A stretch of 64,000 nucleotides of DNA from Octopus vulgaris (taxonomy: Eukaryota): contig OX597823.1 of NCBI GenBank assembly GCA_951406725.2, positions 39,928,001 through 39,992,000 of the forward strand, written 5' to 3'. The translations under genes were made by a program, and so were the position numbers. Shown here in pieces: positions 51,128 through 64,000 of this stretch. Under the pieces are notes generated by a model. That model was not told the origin of the DNA. It worked only from the letters and a program-made list of their open reading frames with translations, and did not search any database. Within the stretch, counting starts at the first letter, position 1; each line of letters opens with the position of its first letter.

Positions 51128-52776
51128 TAGAAATAAAATATGCATTTTACATACACAGAATGTGTTCATGTACATCATATACATGTGTGCATAGTACCTA
51201 TTTCTATTCATCTTGCACCTTGAGGTTCCACCTGGATACCTCATCACCACTATTTATCTCTTTTCTGCTACTACAGATTCATTTCTTCCTCTCTCCTAAA
51301 TCTGACTAGCCCTGCTCTGCCCAATACCCTTCTCTCATACAGTTGGAATTTAACTTAGGACTGGAACAATAGAATGATTGCGTTACAAAATTAATTTCCA
51401 TCTGTCCTTACCCTCTTATCAAACACCACCAGGGCATATAGTCATTATAGACATATTATACTCATGTTATTTAGCTCTCATTAGTTTTGGACCACAGGCC
51501 CAATTATTCCTCTGCTAGGAGCCAGATTAAAAGTCTGCATGGAGTGAGGCTTTTAAGCTAGTCTTTAATAAAATTGAAGTAACATAAATAAAATTGCAAC
51601 AATCAAAATTTTAAATGAAACAACAAAATTCTATAGGTTATCTTTAACCTGTGTACTAGATTCAGGTTTTAAGTCATAAGTTTCATGGTTCAATGAACAG
51701 CAATGTCCACTTGACCTAAATTAAATGCAGCTTCTGGAATTTAGAGAGAAGTGTCAATAAAACTAATAATTAAACATCAAATACTTATGGAGGTCCACCA
51801 GAGATAAATAGAAATTGAAGGGGTCCATAGGTAAAAAAATATTTAAAAACCACTGAGGTAGAGAAAACTACCCAAATGTTTATGCTATCATACATAACTC
51901 GCTCAAATTTTCACTGTTTATGTTCACTTCTAAGGTTAATTTATTTCACTGGCTGTAGCATAATGTGGGGGGTGGGCATTGCTGTGACAGTGCACTAGGT
52001 AAATGATAGGTGTCCTTCCCAGCTGATGCTTGATCCAAGACAGTAGCTATGTTTAAGATACATCCTTTAGGAAAGGCAGCCAACAAAGACTTTCTTTGAA
52101 AGAATTTTCTGTGAATATTCAGTGTCTGCAACATGTCAGCGTAACAACAGAGATGGTAGTGAACAACAACAACAACAACAACAACAAAAACACCACCACC
52201 ACCAATGTCTGTATAACAGCCAAAGAGGGCAATGAAACTCACGGGAATGAGTGATGACTGACAACACCAGCATCACTACCACCGACAACAACAACAACAA
52301 CAGCAACAACATGTCTGTACAACAGCCAAGAGGGCAGTGAACCTAAAGAGAGCCAGATGAAACGCAGCTAAAACAGCGTTTTGCTGGGTGTGCTAACTTG
52401 ATTCTGGCAACTCACCTCCTAAATAACAATAATAATAATAATAACAGTTTCAAATTCTGGCACAAGGCCAGCAATTTCAGGGAAGTGAGCAAGTCAGTTA
52501 CATCAACCCTAGTAATCCTTTCTGCTATAGGCATAAAGCCTGAAATTTTGGGGGAAGGGTGTAGTTGATTACATCAACCCTAGAGATCAATTGATATATA
52601 TTTTATTGAGTCCAAAAGGATTAAAGGTAAAGTCAACTTCAGTGGAATTTGAACTCAGAATGTAAAAATGGACAACAAGCTGCGAAGCATTTTTTTGTCT
52701 AGTGTGCTAGCCTGCAACCTTAATAGTTATTATTCCAAGGGAAAGGATGAAGGGGACAATAATAATAATAATAATC

Positions 52777-52813
<37 letters not shown>

Positions 52814-52952
52814 TAATAATAATAATAATAATAATAACAATAATAATAATAATAAATAATAATAATAATAACAATTAATAATAATAATAATAATAATAAC
52901 AATAATAATAATAATTAATTAATAATAATAATAACAATAATAATAATAATTA

Positions 52953-53005
<53 letters not shown>

Positions 53006-53472
53006 GGCTACAGCAAATATTCTGCTCAATACCACAGATTTGCTTGTCAGTTGTTTGACCTTAACCAGTTGAGCATGTCCCTTAGTGGCTGATGATATGT
53101 GCACTTCATCTCTGATCACAAGCAGAAGTAGTGGGGGAGCATCATAGCCATGTGTTGAGAGGAATTTTTTGAGGTTTGACTAATTCACCTCTGGAAACAT
53201 GGGTGTTTCGTTCAACATCCTTGAACAACCCTTATTCAGGGACCTTTTGAGCGGGATGGGTTACTCTACCAGAAGAAAATTCTAATGGGGCTCCACCTGC
53301 AAGGTCATGTGCTGTTTATCTTGATATGAGATCACCATGTTGCGCACATATTGTTGTGATGCATGTGCCTAGTGTATACCCTTATCAGACGGGTAGTCAT
53401 GATAGGTGTATACTGGGCTTCATATATTTTACCCCAGTGTCACTTTGATGGCATGCACAGCTCTCTCACTCA
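53006..53472 (+). mobile_element. Second family E copy, flanked on both sides by (AAT)n
   Basis: Direct similarity to 37960-38415. Confidence 0.7.
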
Positions 53473-53735
53473 ATAATAATAATAATGTTAATAATAATAA
53501 TAATAATAATAATGGTTTCAAATTTTGCCAGAAGGGCAGCCATTTTGGGGAAGGGGATGTGTCAATTACATCCCCACCCCCGGGCTTGGTATTTATTTTA
53601 TTGATCATGGAAAGATGAAAGGTGAAATCAACCTTGGTAGAATTTGAACTCAGTACATAAAGATAAACAAAATGCCGCTGAGCATTTTACTTGACATGCT
53701 AATGATTCTGCCAGCTCGCTACCACCACCACCATA

Positions 53736-53811
<76 letters not shown>

Positions 53812-54565
53812 TAATAATAATGATAATGATAATAATAATTCTTTCTTTATTGGCCACTAGGGCTGCAAAAGACATTTAGGGCAGTACAAAGGACTAGGGA
53901 TTCCCATAGAAACATCTAAGCAATAAAACAATAACAATTTGTAAAAACATCTTGTTAAACAAGAGTAATAATGATGATAATGCCACTGCTGCTACCTCTG
54001 CTGCTGCCGCTGCTACTACTACTACTGCTACTGCTGCTGCTGCTGCTGTATATAAACTTTCCTTATAATTTATTCCCTAACAACACCATTCAGCCAGTAT
54101 TTGACAATGTCCTCTCAGCTCAAGATTCTCCATCCACCTATCTCTCTGTGACTCTCTCTACCTCTCTCTCTTGCCAATAACCTTCAACTTGTGGCCTCAC
54201 AAATAAACAAAAAGTACTTGCTTATGAAGCAAGCAGGTAGACACATCTTTCATTTTCCCTCCCTCACCTGTCCACACTCACCTCACCTTGCCTCACAACA
54301 ACTAAGTACAAGCAGGCAAGTGTGTATACATGTGTATGTGTGTGTGTGTGTGTGTGTATGCATATATGTATATCAATTACAGGGTATAGAGTTGTAGTTA
54401 GAGGAGGAAGGAGTGACAGGTAGAGTAGGAGAAGCATCAGGTGGGAGGTCTATTACAACTACCTGCTACAAAAATGACTAAAGGTAGAGGTATGTATGTT
54501 ATTCCACCTGTGTATATATAATGCAGAGGCAAATGGAGCAGGAGGAGGAAGAGATATAAGAATAT

Positions 54566-54610
<45 letters not shown>

Positions 54611-54782
54611 AGAAGTGAGGAAAGAAGACAAGAAGAGGAATGGAAGGAAGGTGGAAGGAGGGACAGGGGGAAGGGAACAGTGCCAAATATAAGATTGAGA
54701 TAGAAACAAACAACAATTATCAAGTTGGAAATTAAAAATGGTGGTGAAAGGAGAAAGACAGAGGGAGAGAGAAGAGAAAGAG

Positions 54783-54847
<65 letters not shown>

Positions 54848-55479
54848 ATAGATATAGACAGAGAAGTGAAGTCAAAAGAGTGTGAAATAATGTGAGACAA
54901 TATGGAGAGAGAAAGAGAGAGAGAGAGAGGTAAGAGCATAGACAGACAGACAGACAGAGACATTAACATGAGAGGAAAGGGAGTAGTCTAGAGTTTGAAA
55001 TAAGGTGAGACTAGAAAGACAAACAGAGAGAGAGAGAGGGGAGGAGGAAAGACTAGTTAAGTGAAGAAAGCATGGCTAGTTATTGAGTTAGGGTAAAAAC
55101 TTCTACTTCTTGTATTACAACTAAGATGTTGTTGGCCTAAGAAAGATGTAGTTCAATTTAGCCAGCCAGCACCACATCAGGACACCTTAACCATTACTTA
55201 ACCATTACTACCTCTGATGTGCCAGAACATAACCCAAGTTTACTTTCTCACAACTTCAGAGGGTGGAGATGGAGGGGGGGGGATAAATTAGCATGAAATC
55301 TCTAAAGGTAAAAGAGAATGCAGTTTTATTTTACTAAGAAACTTTGTAATAAACCTCTATACAAATGACAAATGACTTCCTTTTATGACCAGGATTTAGG
55401 TCAGATAAGAGGTGGAAATTAGTGTCAAATAATAATAATAACAACAATAATGATAGTAATAATAATGATAATAATAATG

Positions 55480-55528
<49 letters not shown>

Positions 55529-55721
55529 TAACAATAATGATAACAATAATAATAATAATAATAATAAGAAGAAGAAGAAGAAGAAGAAAAAGAACAACAC
55601 CAATACTAATACAATGAATACCTGATTTTCCAAGAGACAGGTGTTGCTAATGATTTATTGAGGTTAAATTGCATTCATTATATTTATCTATCTATCTATC
55701 TGTCTGTCTGTCTGTATATTA

Positions 55722-55786
<65 letters not shown>

Positions 55787-58700
55787 ACACACCATCATCA
55801 TTTAATGTCCATATTCCATGCTGGCATGGGTTGAACAGTTTGACTATCCAATGGGTCCAAGGACTGCATCATGCTCTAAGGCTGGATGCCTTCCTAATGC
55901 CAATCACTTTACAGTGTGTACTTTATTATTTTTCTTTTTGGTATCATTAGTAGTAGTGATGTTACTATGTAGCTTTGCAAAACTACGAACTCCCTCATAG
56001 CCATTTGATGATTAAAAAAAAGCTCATTATAATTTTATAATTAAATATTATCAAAAATTGTATTACAAAAGTGTTAAACTATCTTGTGTATTGTTGAAGT
56101 ATAACCAATTCATTGTGCACAAACTTTAAATTTATTGCACATAAACATAGCCCCAAGAAGATATGGGATGAGGTCGTGAAGCATGATCTTTGAACATTGG
56201 GCTTCATGGAGATGATGACAAGAGACTAATGACAAGTGACCAATGCCAGGTGTCATGTAACTGGTGACACATAAAAGCACTTGTGCTGGTGACATGTAAA
56301 TAGCAACTATTACACTCTTGGAGTGGTTTGCATCAGGAAGGGCATCCAGCCATGGAAACCATGCCAAATCAGACTGGAACTTGGTGCAGCTCTCTGGTTT
56401 ACCAGTTCCAGTCAAACTGTCTAACCCAAGCCAGCATGGAAAGCAGACACTAAATGATGATGATGATGATGAAACTTTAACAAAATCTTATGTGGATCCC
56501 CCATCCCACGAAGGATCATATGGACCGTGGTTGAGAACCACTACAGTAGAGGTTACATGTGATTACTCAAAGTTTAGAAGAGAGGGTGATAAGGTGGAGC
56601 AGGGAAACAAAGAACAACAGTGGGAATGAGGGGTCTATGTGAGCCCTCATGGTACGAAGTGAATAGGAACAAAGGAACCAGAAATGTGGATGGATAGAGG
56701 GAGCATGTACTCATGTACTTTAAAGGAATTCTATTATCTGGAGAGGGTATGGTAGTCAAAGATAACTTTGAAATTATAAATTTATCTAAATAGTTACCGT
56801 GAGAATTTCACTTATTGTTTGTCCTAAATCTTATATTTCTTATCTTTTTTTAACATTTCAGTCATTAGACTATGGCCATGCTGGGGCAATCAGGCTTGAA
56901 GAATTTTTAGTTGAATGAATCAATCCCAGTACTTGCTTATTTATTTTTGTTAAGCCTCATGGTTATTCTATCAGTTGCTTTTGCTGAACTGCTAAGTTAC
57001 AGCAACGTAAACATGTCAACACCAGTTGTCAAGCAGTGGGGTGGGGGTAGAGGGTCAAATGCACACATGTATATATATATATGTGTATATATAGTTTATA
57101 ATGATCAAATGTTTGTACTCACATAAGCTCACTCCCTCCATCAAATTGACATTACCTGTACAGGTGTATCATGTGCCACATGTCAGATTACAAAGTGATT
57201 GCAGAGCAATGTGAAATGAAGTGCTTTGCTCAAGAGCACAACGCAACGCCCGATCTGGGAATTGAACCCATGATCTCACAATCGTGAGTGCAACACCTTA
57301 ACCACTAAACCATGCTGTGTGTGTGTGTGTGTTTGTGTGTATAATCCTTTGATCTCATCCTTACATACTAATAAGGGTGTCTTTTTGGTTTCCCCCCCTC
57401 ACCATAGCTTGACAAATGGTGTTGGTTCATTTACATCCCTATAACTTAGCTCTTGGTAAAAGAGATCAATCGATTAAGTACCAAACTTAAAAGAAATGGT
57501 ACTGGGGGTGGGGTAAGGATTTGCTCAACTAGAAACCTTTTAAGTTGTGTCTCAGCATGGCCACAGCCCAAAGACTGAAACAAGTTATATACATGCATAT
57601 ATGAATGCTAATATATATGTGTATGTGTATGTATAAGATATATGCCTATACACACACATACATGCATGTACATATGAAAGGTACAAACATCCAAGTTGAT
57701 GAATACATTAACCTTAGGGGGAGGAGAAGGGGAGGAGCAACAGGGGGAGGAGCAGCAGGGGGATGAGCAGTAGGGGAGGAGCAGGAGGAGGCAAAGCCAA
57801 ACTAAAAGAGAGAGAGAGCTTCTTGAAATTAGACATAATGATGCCTTCCTCATTAATTTTGTAACAGTGTTTCTCATCTGATAAATACTTCTGAACACAA
57901 ACTGTACAAATAGCATACAAATAACGTACACACATGCAACGAGTCTACAAGTTATACTGGCCTCACAGGAAGCATTGCCATAGCAACCATTCATAACATA
58001 CACAGACATTTGCAGTTTTCAGCTGCTACTTAGAACATTTATTTATGTTTTCTTGTTGTTTTTTTTTTGTTTTGTTTTCTTCATATTCATTAGTTTTTCT
58101 CCAGTGTTGAATCTATGACAGACTAGAAGACAACAACAGCCCAAAAAATTTGGAACATTTACAAAATACTACCTTGGACAAGAGAAAATGTTTACAGGAA
58201 ATATTAAACAGGCATAGCTGTGTTTAAGAAGCTTGCTTAGCATGTACATGGTTTTGAGTTCATTCCCACTATGCAGCACCTTAGGAAAGTCTCTTCTACT
58301 GTTGCCCTGGGTCAACTTAATGATTTGTGAGGGAATTTGGTAGACAGAAACTATTTGGAAGTTTGTTTTGCATGTATGTATACATACATACATGCATACA
58401 TACATACAAGTATATATCTAAATTTAGAATACATACCTAGCTATATATATATCATCATCATCATCATCATTGTTTAACGTCCGTTCTCCATACTAGCATG
58501 GGTTGGACGGTTCGACTGGGGATCTGGGAAGCCAGAAGGCTGCACCAGGCTCCGGTCTTATCTGGCAATGTTTCTACAGCTGGATGCCCTTCCTAATGCC
58601 AACCACTCCGTGAGTGTAGTGGGTGCTTTTTACATGCCACCTGCATGGAAGCCAGTCGAGGCGGCACTGGCTTCGGCCACGATTCGGATGGTGCTTTTTA

Positions 58701-58822
58701 CGTGCCACCGACACGGAAGCCAGTTGAGGCGGCGCTGGCATCGGCCACGATTCGGATAGTGCTTTTTACATATCTCCAGTCCAGGGGTCCTGGCATCTGC
58801 CGGGTGCCGTGTATATATATAT

Positions 58823-59205
58823 TGTTGGTTGTTGGCATCCTTTTTGTCTCGGGAGACAATGGAGCTGCGCATAAAATAATCTAGTCCAGCTTTTACATTT
58901 CATGTCCTAATACATTTCCTGCTGTGGCTGTGTAGTCCTATCCTGCACAAACACTCCCTCTGGCAGATGCCGCAAATGTAGCGAAGACTTTTCCTGGCTG
59001 GTTGTAATGTCATAGTTTCTTGTTGATGTCTTTTCTTGTCTTTCCATTTCTCCTCTCTCTCTCTGTCACTCCTTTGTGTTCCCTCTTTTACGGTACGTCG
59101 CCAATCTCCACCGTGGCTGGCAACTGCTTCCCAGTTGCTAATATTGATGTTGCTGGCCTTCGTGTCCCTTTTGCAAACATCCTTGTATCGTAAGAACAGT
59201 CTTCC
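58823..59205 (-). mobile_element. RTE LINE ORF2 C-terminus and 3' tail
   Basis: GRLFLRYKDVCKRDTK...WEAVA...WRRTVKEG...YICGICQRECLCRIGLHSHSRKC; tail CCATTGTCTCCCGAGAC...GGATGCC. Confidence 0.85.
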
Positions 59206-59230
59206 CATATATATATATAAATGTATATAT

Positions 59231-59270
<40 letters not shown>

Positions 59271-59680
59271 CTTTTACTTGCTTCAATCATTAGACTGTGG
59301 CCATGCTGGGTTACTGCCTTGAAAAGTTTTTAGTTGAATGAATCACCTCAGTACTTTTTTTTAAGCCTGGTACTTATTCTATCAGTTTCTCTTGATGAAC
59401 TGCTAAGTTATGGGGATGTAAACAAACCAACACCAGTTATCAAGTGGTGGGGGGAACATACAGACAGAAAGACATACAGACATATATATAAACACACACA
59501 TACACATATATACAATGGCCTTTTTTCACTTTCTGTCTAACAAATCCACTTGCAACATTTTGGTCCACCTTAGGCTATAGAAGAAGACATTTTCCCAAAG
59601 TGTCGTACAGTGAGATTGAACCTGGAACTGTGTGTTTTTTGAAGCAAGCATCTTACCACACACCCACACTTGTACCTATG

Positions 59681-59721
<41 letters not shown>

Positions 59722-59730
59722 ATATATATA

Positions 59731-59764
<34 letters not shown>

Positions 59765-62700
59765 CACACTTGTATTTATACTTGTTCACTCCCACTAGTT
59801 GACAACTGGGGTTGGTCTTTTAATGTCACAGAAACTTAACAGTTTAGCAAAAAAAACTGATAGAATAAGTATCAGATGTAAAATATAATTTCTGGTGTTA
59901 ATTTATTTGCTTAAATTCTTCAATGTGGTGCCCCAGTATGACTGCAGTCCAATGACTGTGCCAAACTCCAGTGTCTATTAGGCGTGATTTCTACAGTTCA
60001 AAGCTCCTTCTAACACCACTTCCTTACAGAATGTACTGGGTGTTTTTTTTTATTTTTATGGCACCAGCACTTGTGAGCTCAGGTCACTAAATAACTCACA
60101 AAAAAAAAGAACTCTGAATGGGAATGTAGTATTGAAGGTGGATTTATGGCCAAGTGTTGAGAGACAAAAATATGATAGAGGAACAGGAATCTTTGTCTAG
60201 CTGTAAAAGTGATACATGGTTACCCTAGCTAGAAGGAGGGAAAAACATAGTGGGGATAAAGGTGTCAGGATATACATGGCTTATAAGTCAAGAAGGTGGG
60301 TATTACAAAGAATAGGGACAAGAGATCAAGAATGGTGGATGAGTAAGTTTGCAAGAATGCAAAAGGAGAGGGACAGATGGTTATAGATGAAATTAGACAT
60401 ATTTCATTGCCTCAGAAATTATGAAAGGCAAAGCAAACCTTGATGGAATTTGAACTCAAAACAAAAAGACAGATGAAATACTGCTTGGCATGCTAATGAT
60501 TCTGCCAGCTTACTGCCTTAATAATAAATAATATTAACAGTAAAATCCAATGTGGCAAGCTGGCAGAGGTGTTAGCATGCTGGGCAAAATGCTTAGAAGC
60601 TTTTTGTCAATCTGTACATTCTGAGTTCAGATTCTGCCAAGTGTGACTTTGTCTTTCATCCTTTTTGGGGTCGATAAAATAAGCACCATTTGAGCATTGG
60701 GATTGATGTAATGGACTTGCTGTCCTTGTGTCAAAATCTGAAATCGATATTAACAGCAAAACTACCAAAGACAACATAATAACTGGAACTATGATAATTT
60801 TTCTGTTTCTGGTAATTTTATGATCTTATTAAGCATAAAATGGTTTATCAATAATTTAAAACTGAAACATTTTCAGTTATTATAGATAATCTGATTCCTG
60901 TCTTGGCAAAATGCCTGTGAGCTTGTTCAAATATTAAGCGAAATACTTTTATAAAAGTCTCTACAGTGTACAGAGGTCTTTATATCCAGACGATTTGATA
61001 GAAAATCTGAGGTAAGCAAGTACACACAGAATTTGGTGAGATTTGGAATTGGAAAATCCTATTTGCTGCTTATACTGGCATAAAACAATTTTGGGTAGCT
61101 GGAAAACCAATCATTTGGAAGCTTTTAGCATTTTTTTCCAATACAAAATTCATCATCATTTTTAATATCCATTTTTCTGTGCTTGCATAGGTCACACAGA
61201 ATTCTACAGCTGGATGCCTTTCCTGTTCCCAACCCTCACTTGTTTCCAAGTAAGGCAATATTTCTCCATAGCCAGACATGTTACCACAGAGTATTAGAAA
61301 CGAATAACATTATGTGACAGAAACACTTGTTTACAACTATCATGTAATGGCAAGTGAAGGGCACACAGACATACACACACATACATATATACATATAAAC
61401 ACACACACACACACACACACACACATGTGATGATAGGGTTTTTCATTTCTCATCATCAACCAAATTCCCTCACAAAGCTCTAGGAAGCTCAGAGCTACCA
61501 TGGAAGACATCTGCTCAAGGCGTTACAGAATAGGACTGAATCTGAAAACGTGTGGTTAGGAAGCAAAATTACTTAATCACACAGCCACATTGTATAAATT
61601 AATTCACCTTATAAATCTACTAGGATCTCCTGGCCATAAACTTTAGCTGTGAATAGTTACATGAAGAGGAATTTGTTTAAAAATGCACAAAGAGGTATTA
61701 TATGGATAAAAACAGGTTGTGAAATCTTGCTCTAATAAACAATGCACACTAACTTGGGCAGGAAACTGACTTAGCTAGCCTCAAAACAAGTTTTCTTAAG
61801 GCAAAATATCAAGAACTAAAATCTTATTCAGAGAATGGCAGGTATGGTTGAGTGGTTAAGAAGCTTGCACTGTAATCATGTGGTTTCAGGTTCAGTCTGA
61901 TAACACAGCACCATGTGCAAGTGTTTCTGCTAAAACTCTGGGCCTATGAGTAAATTTGGAAGGTGGAAACTATGAAGAAGCCCATCATATAAATATGTGT
62001 ATGTGCATGTGTGTGTCTTTTAATTTATCCTCCTTTCCCCCTACATTATAAATGGAATTGGTTTGTTTACATCCCTGTAACTTAGCAGTTTGGCAAAAGA
62101 GACCAACAAAATAAGCACCAGAGATGTTAAACAAAGTAAGTACTGGGTCAATTTGTTTGACAATTCTTCAGCATAGCCACAGTCCACTGACTGAAGCAAA
62201 TAAAGTAAAACATTTTACTTTACTATTACCACAGGCAAGAATATCAAAATGTAATTTAAGAGAGCACCTGGACCTTGTTGAAGAAATGTTACAGGTGACA
62301 CCGGTTAAATTGACTTCAATTACTGTTCAAATACATACTGAATAGACATTAGCCAGGTCTGAACTCTAGGTCTCTGAGTTGGTATTCTAAAACCAGCTAT
62401 TTAAGTTCTCTGTCTATGAATAGGGGCACATGTAGAATAACATTAAATATACTTAAATAACTAATGTGTGTGTGGATATCTGAGTATGAGTGTGCGTGTG
62501 TATGTGTATCTGAGTATGTGCGCATATGTATCTCTGAGTGCGTATATATTACCCTCTTGAGGTATGGACGACAATTCTTTTTGCTCCGCTCGTCGTTCAC
62601 AAAAAAATCCGCGTTCGCAATACTTTTTTTCGTTCGGCGTTAACAGCCCTTCTTATCTTGTTCTTCCTTGTCCTGTCTTTTACTGTTTATAATTTGTACT

Positions 62701-63094
62701 GTTGTTACTGTCCTGTTTTTGTTACCATTTTTTACCCTTCTGCGAAAAGATCTCAGAATTTTAATTAATTTGCTTTTCGCAGGAAGGAAAGTTTCTTGTC
62801 GAAGATACATCTCACTTTCACCTTCGAAACGTAGAGTAGATGAAACCATAGCAACTGAAGAAGGGGTTTTTTTCTTTGTGTTAATTGTCCTCTACTCTAT
62901 TTTTTTGTTGTTTAAAAAAATGTCCAGTTCCTTTGGTTTGTGTCTATGTTTTCGTTTCTCATTGTGTTCGACATCTTTTTGGTGTCCTGTACTCATATAT
63001 GCCTGTGTATATGTACATGTAGAGGTAGGTACGTACATATATGTTTATATATATGCATATTTTTAATTTTTATTTATTAATATATATATATGTA

Positions 63095-63250
63095 TAGGGG
63101 GAGAATTCACAAAAAAGAAACAAAAGACGAAGACGGGTGGTGTAGACAGCAAACAGATGTATTAGTTTAACATCCGGGAAGTGAAAACGTCTTTAACATT
63201 TCGAGCCTACGCTCTTCCACAGAAAGGAACACAGAAAGAAACAAAGAGAT
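63095..63250 (-). mobile_element. pLTR-like element with a variant minimal hammerhead core
   Basis: Minus strand 63227-63190 reads cttt-CTGTGGA-A-GAGC gtag GCTC-GAAAT-GTT-aaag; (TA)n flanks. Confidence 0.5.
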
Positions 63251-64000
63251 ATATATATATTTGAGTGCACATATGTTGAATCCATGTATATGAGCGATGG
63301 CTAGAAGTATATTGAGTTCTTCATAACCAGCTGATCTAGCAAGCGGAGCCTCATATCAGTGAGGGGGGCCGGTGCGCATTGATGCCGTTGAGAGGTAGGC
63401 CCCGAAACGGTGCGCATTCTCTCCTGATGACCCCATACACTTGCTAGCTTCCGATATACGGAGCTTTTAACTGGTAGCACTTGCATGTGCAAGTTGTTTG
63501 CAAGACATCTGAGCATGTGTATATGTGTGCATATGCACATGTGTTCATGCATCTATCTGTAAAAACAGATATAAACCCAATATATATGGATGTGTTTATC
63601 AATCAATGAAAACATACTAAAACTGGTGTCATGCATGCATGTATATTTCTCGCAGCTAGACCACAATGCCAACTGTACTGGAGATCAGTTAATTACTGCT
63701 TGAAATAATCCAAGTTTATGTTACCTATTTTGTTAGTCTTACAAGAATGGATTTCATCTTGGTACAGATGAAATCAAAACATTAGACACCAAACCAGAGG
63801 CTAGTAAACAACTGCGTCAGTTTTGCTACCATTTGTATGTATTTCACTAACCCACACACCTCTCACAAACAGATGAAGTAAACATCGCAGAAACTGCAGA
63901 GGCTACTCAGAAGTGTTTCAAGCTCTTCTAATTTCATCTCAATGTTGGAATCCCTTCTGTACTGTTGGCAGGTATCTCAGGGTCACAAGCAAAACTAGTA

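Noticed and set aside
57608-58009. Minus-strand ORF with a signal-peptide-like stretch (MRKASLCLISRSSLSLLVWLCLLLLLPYCSS...PPPKV) as EGFR exon 1
   Set aside because: The only good donor (AAG|gttaat) is phase 0 in this frame. Read as phase 1 the preceding codon is TAA, so it cannot join the phase-1 exon at 7394. The region is low complexity.

Overview
AT-rich, microsatellite- and SINE-saturated animal genomic DNA. The repeat families resemble those of octopus/coleoid cephalopods (my inference, no database search was run). The only host protein-coding sequence I can support is two minus-strand exons of an EGFR/ErbB-type receptor covering the L1 domain: 7394-7035 (360 nt) and 675-541 (135 nt), both with canonical AG/GT sites and phase 1-1. 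No frame-compatible signal-peptide exon was found in the remaining ~56 kb, so that stretch is probably one very large first intron. It is filled with transposon debris: several tRNA-headed or V-domain-like SINE families, a decayed Naiad-type Penelope element, Dong/R4, RTE and CR1 LINE fragments, and mariner, DD37D/maT, pogo, piggyBac, hAT and Helitron remnants. Most ORFs in the supplied track are microsatellite artefacts. The most unusual signals are: (1) a near-complete type I hammerhead ribozyme with a variant CUGUUGA core capping a long G-U-rich RNA rod (11414-11556), plus several further minimal hammerhead-like cores in (TA)n-embedded elements; (2) a 1.2-kb pogo element carrying a 108-nt splice-bounded, EGF-like segment; (3) a Dong/R4 RT fragment about 250 bp from the EGFR splice acceptor; (4) a recurring (TA)n-hairpin-tail-(TA)n element architecture. 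Repeat coordinates are approximate unless a TSD or TIR is quoted.
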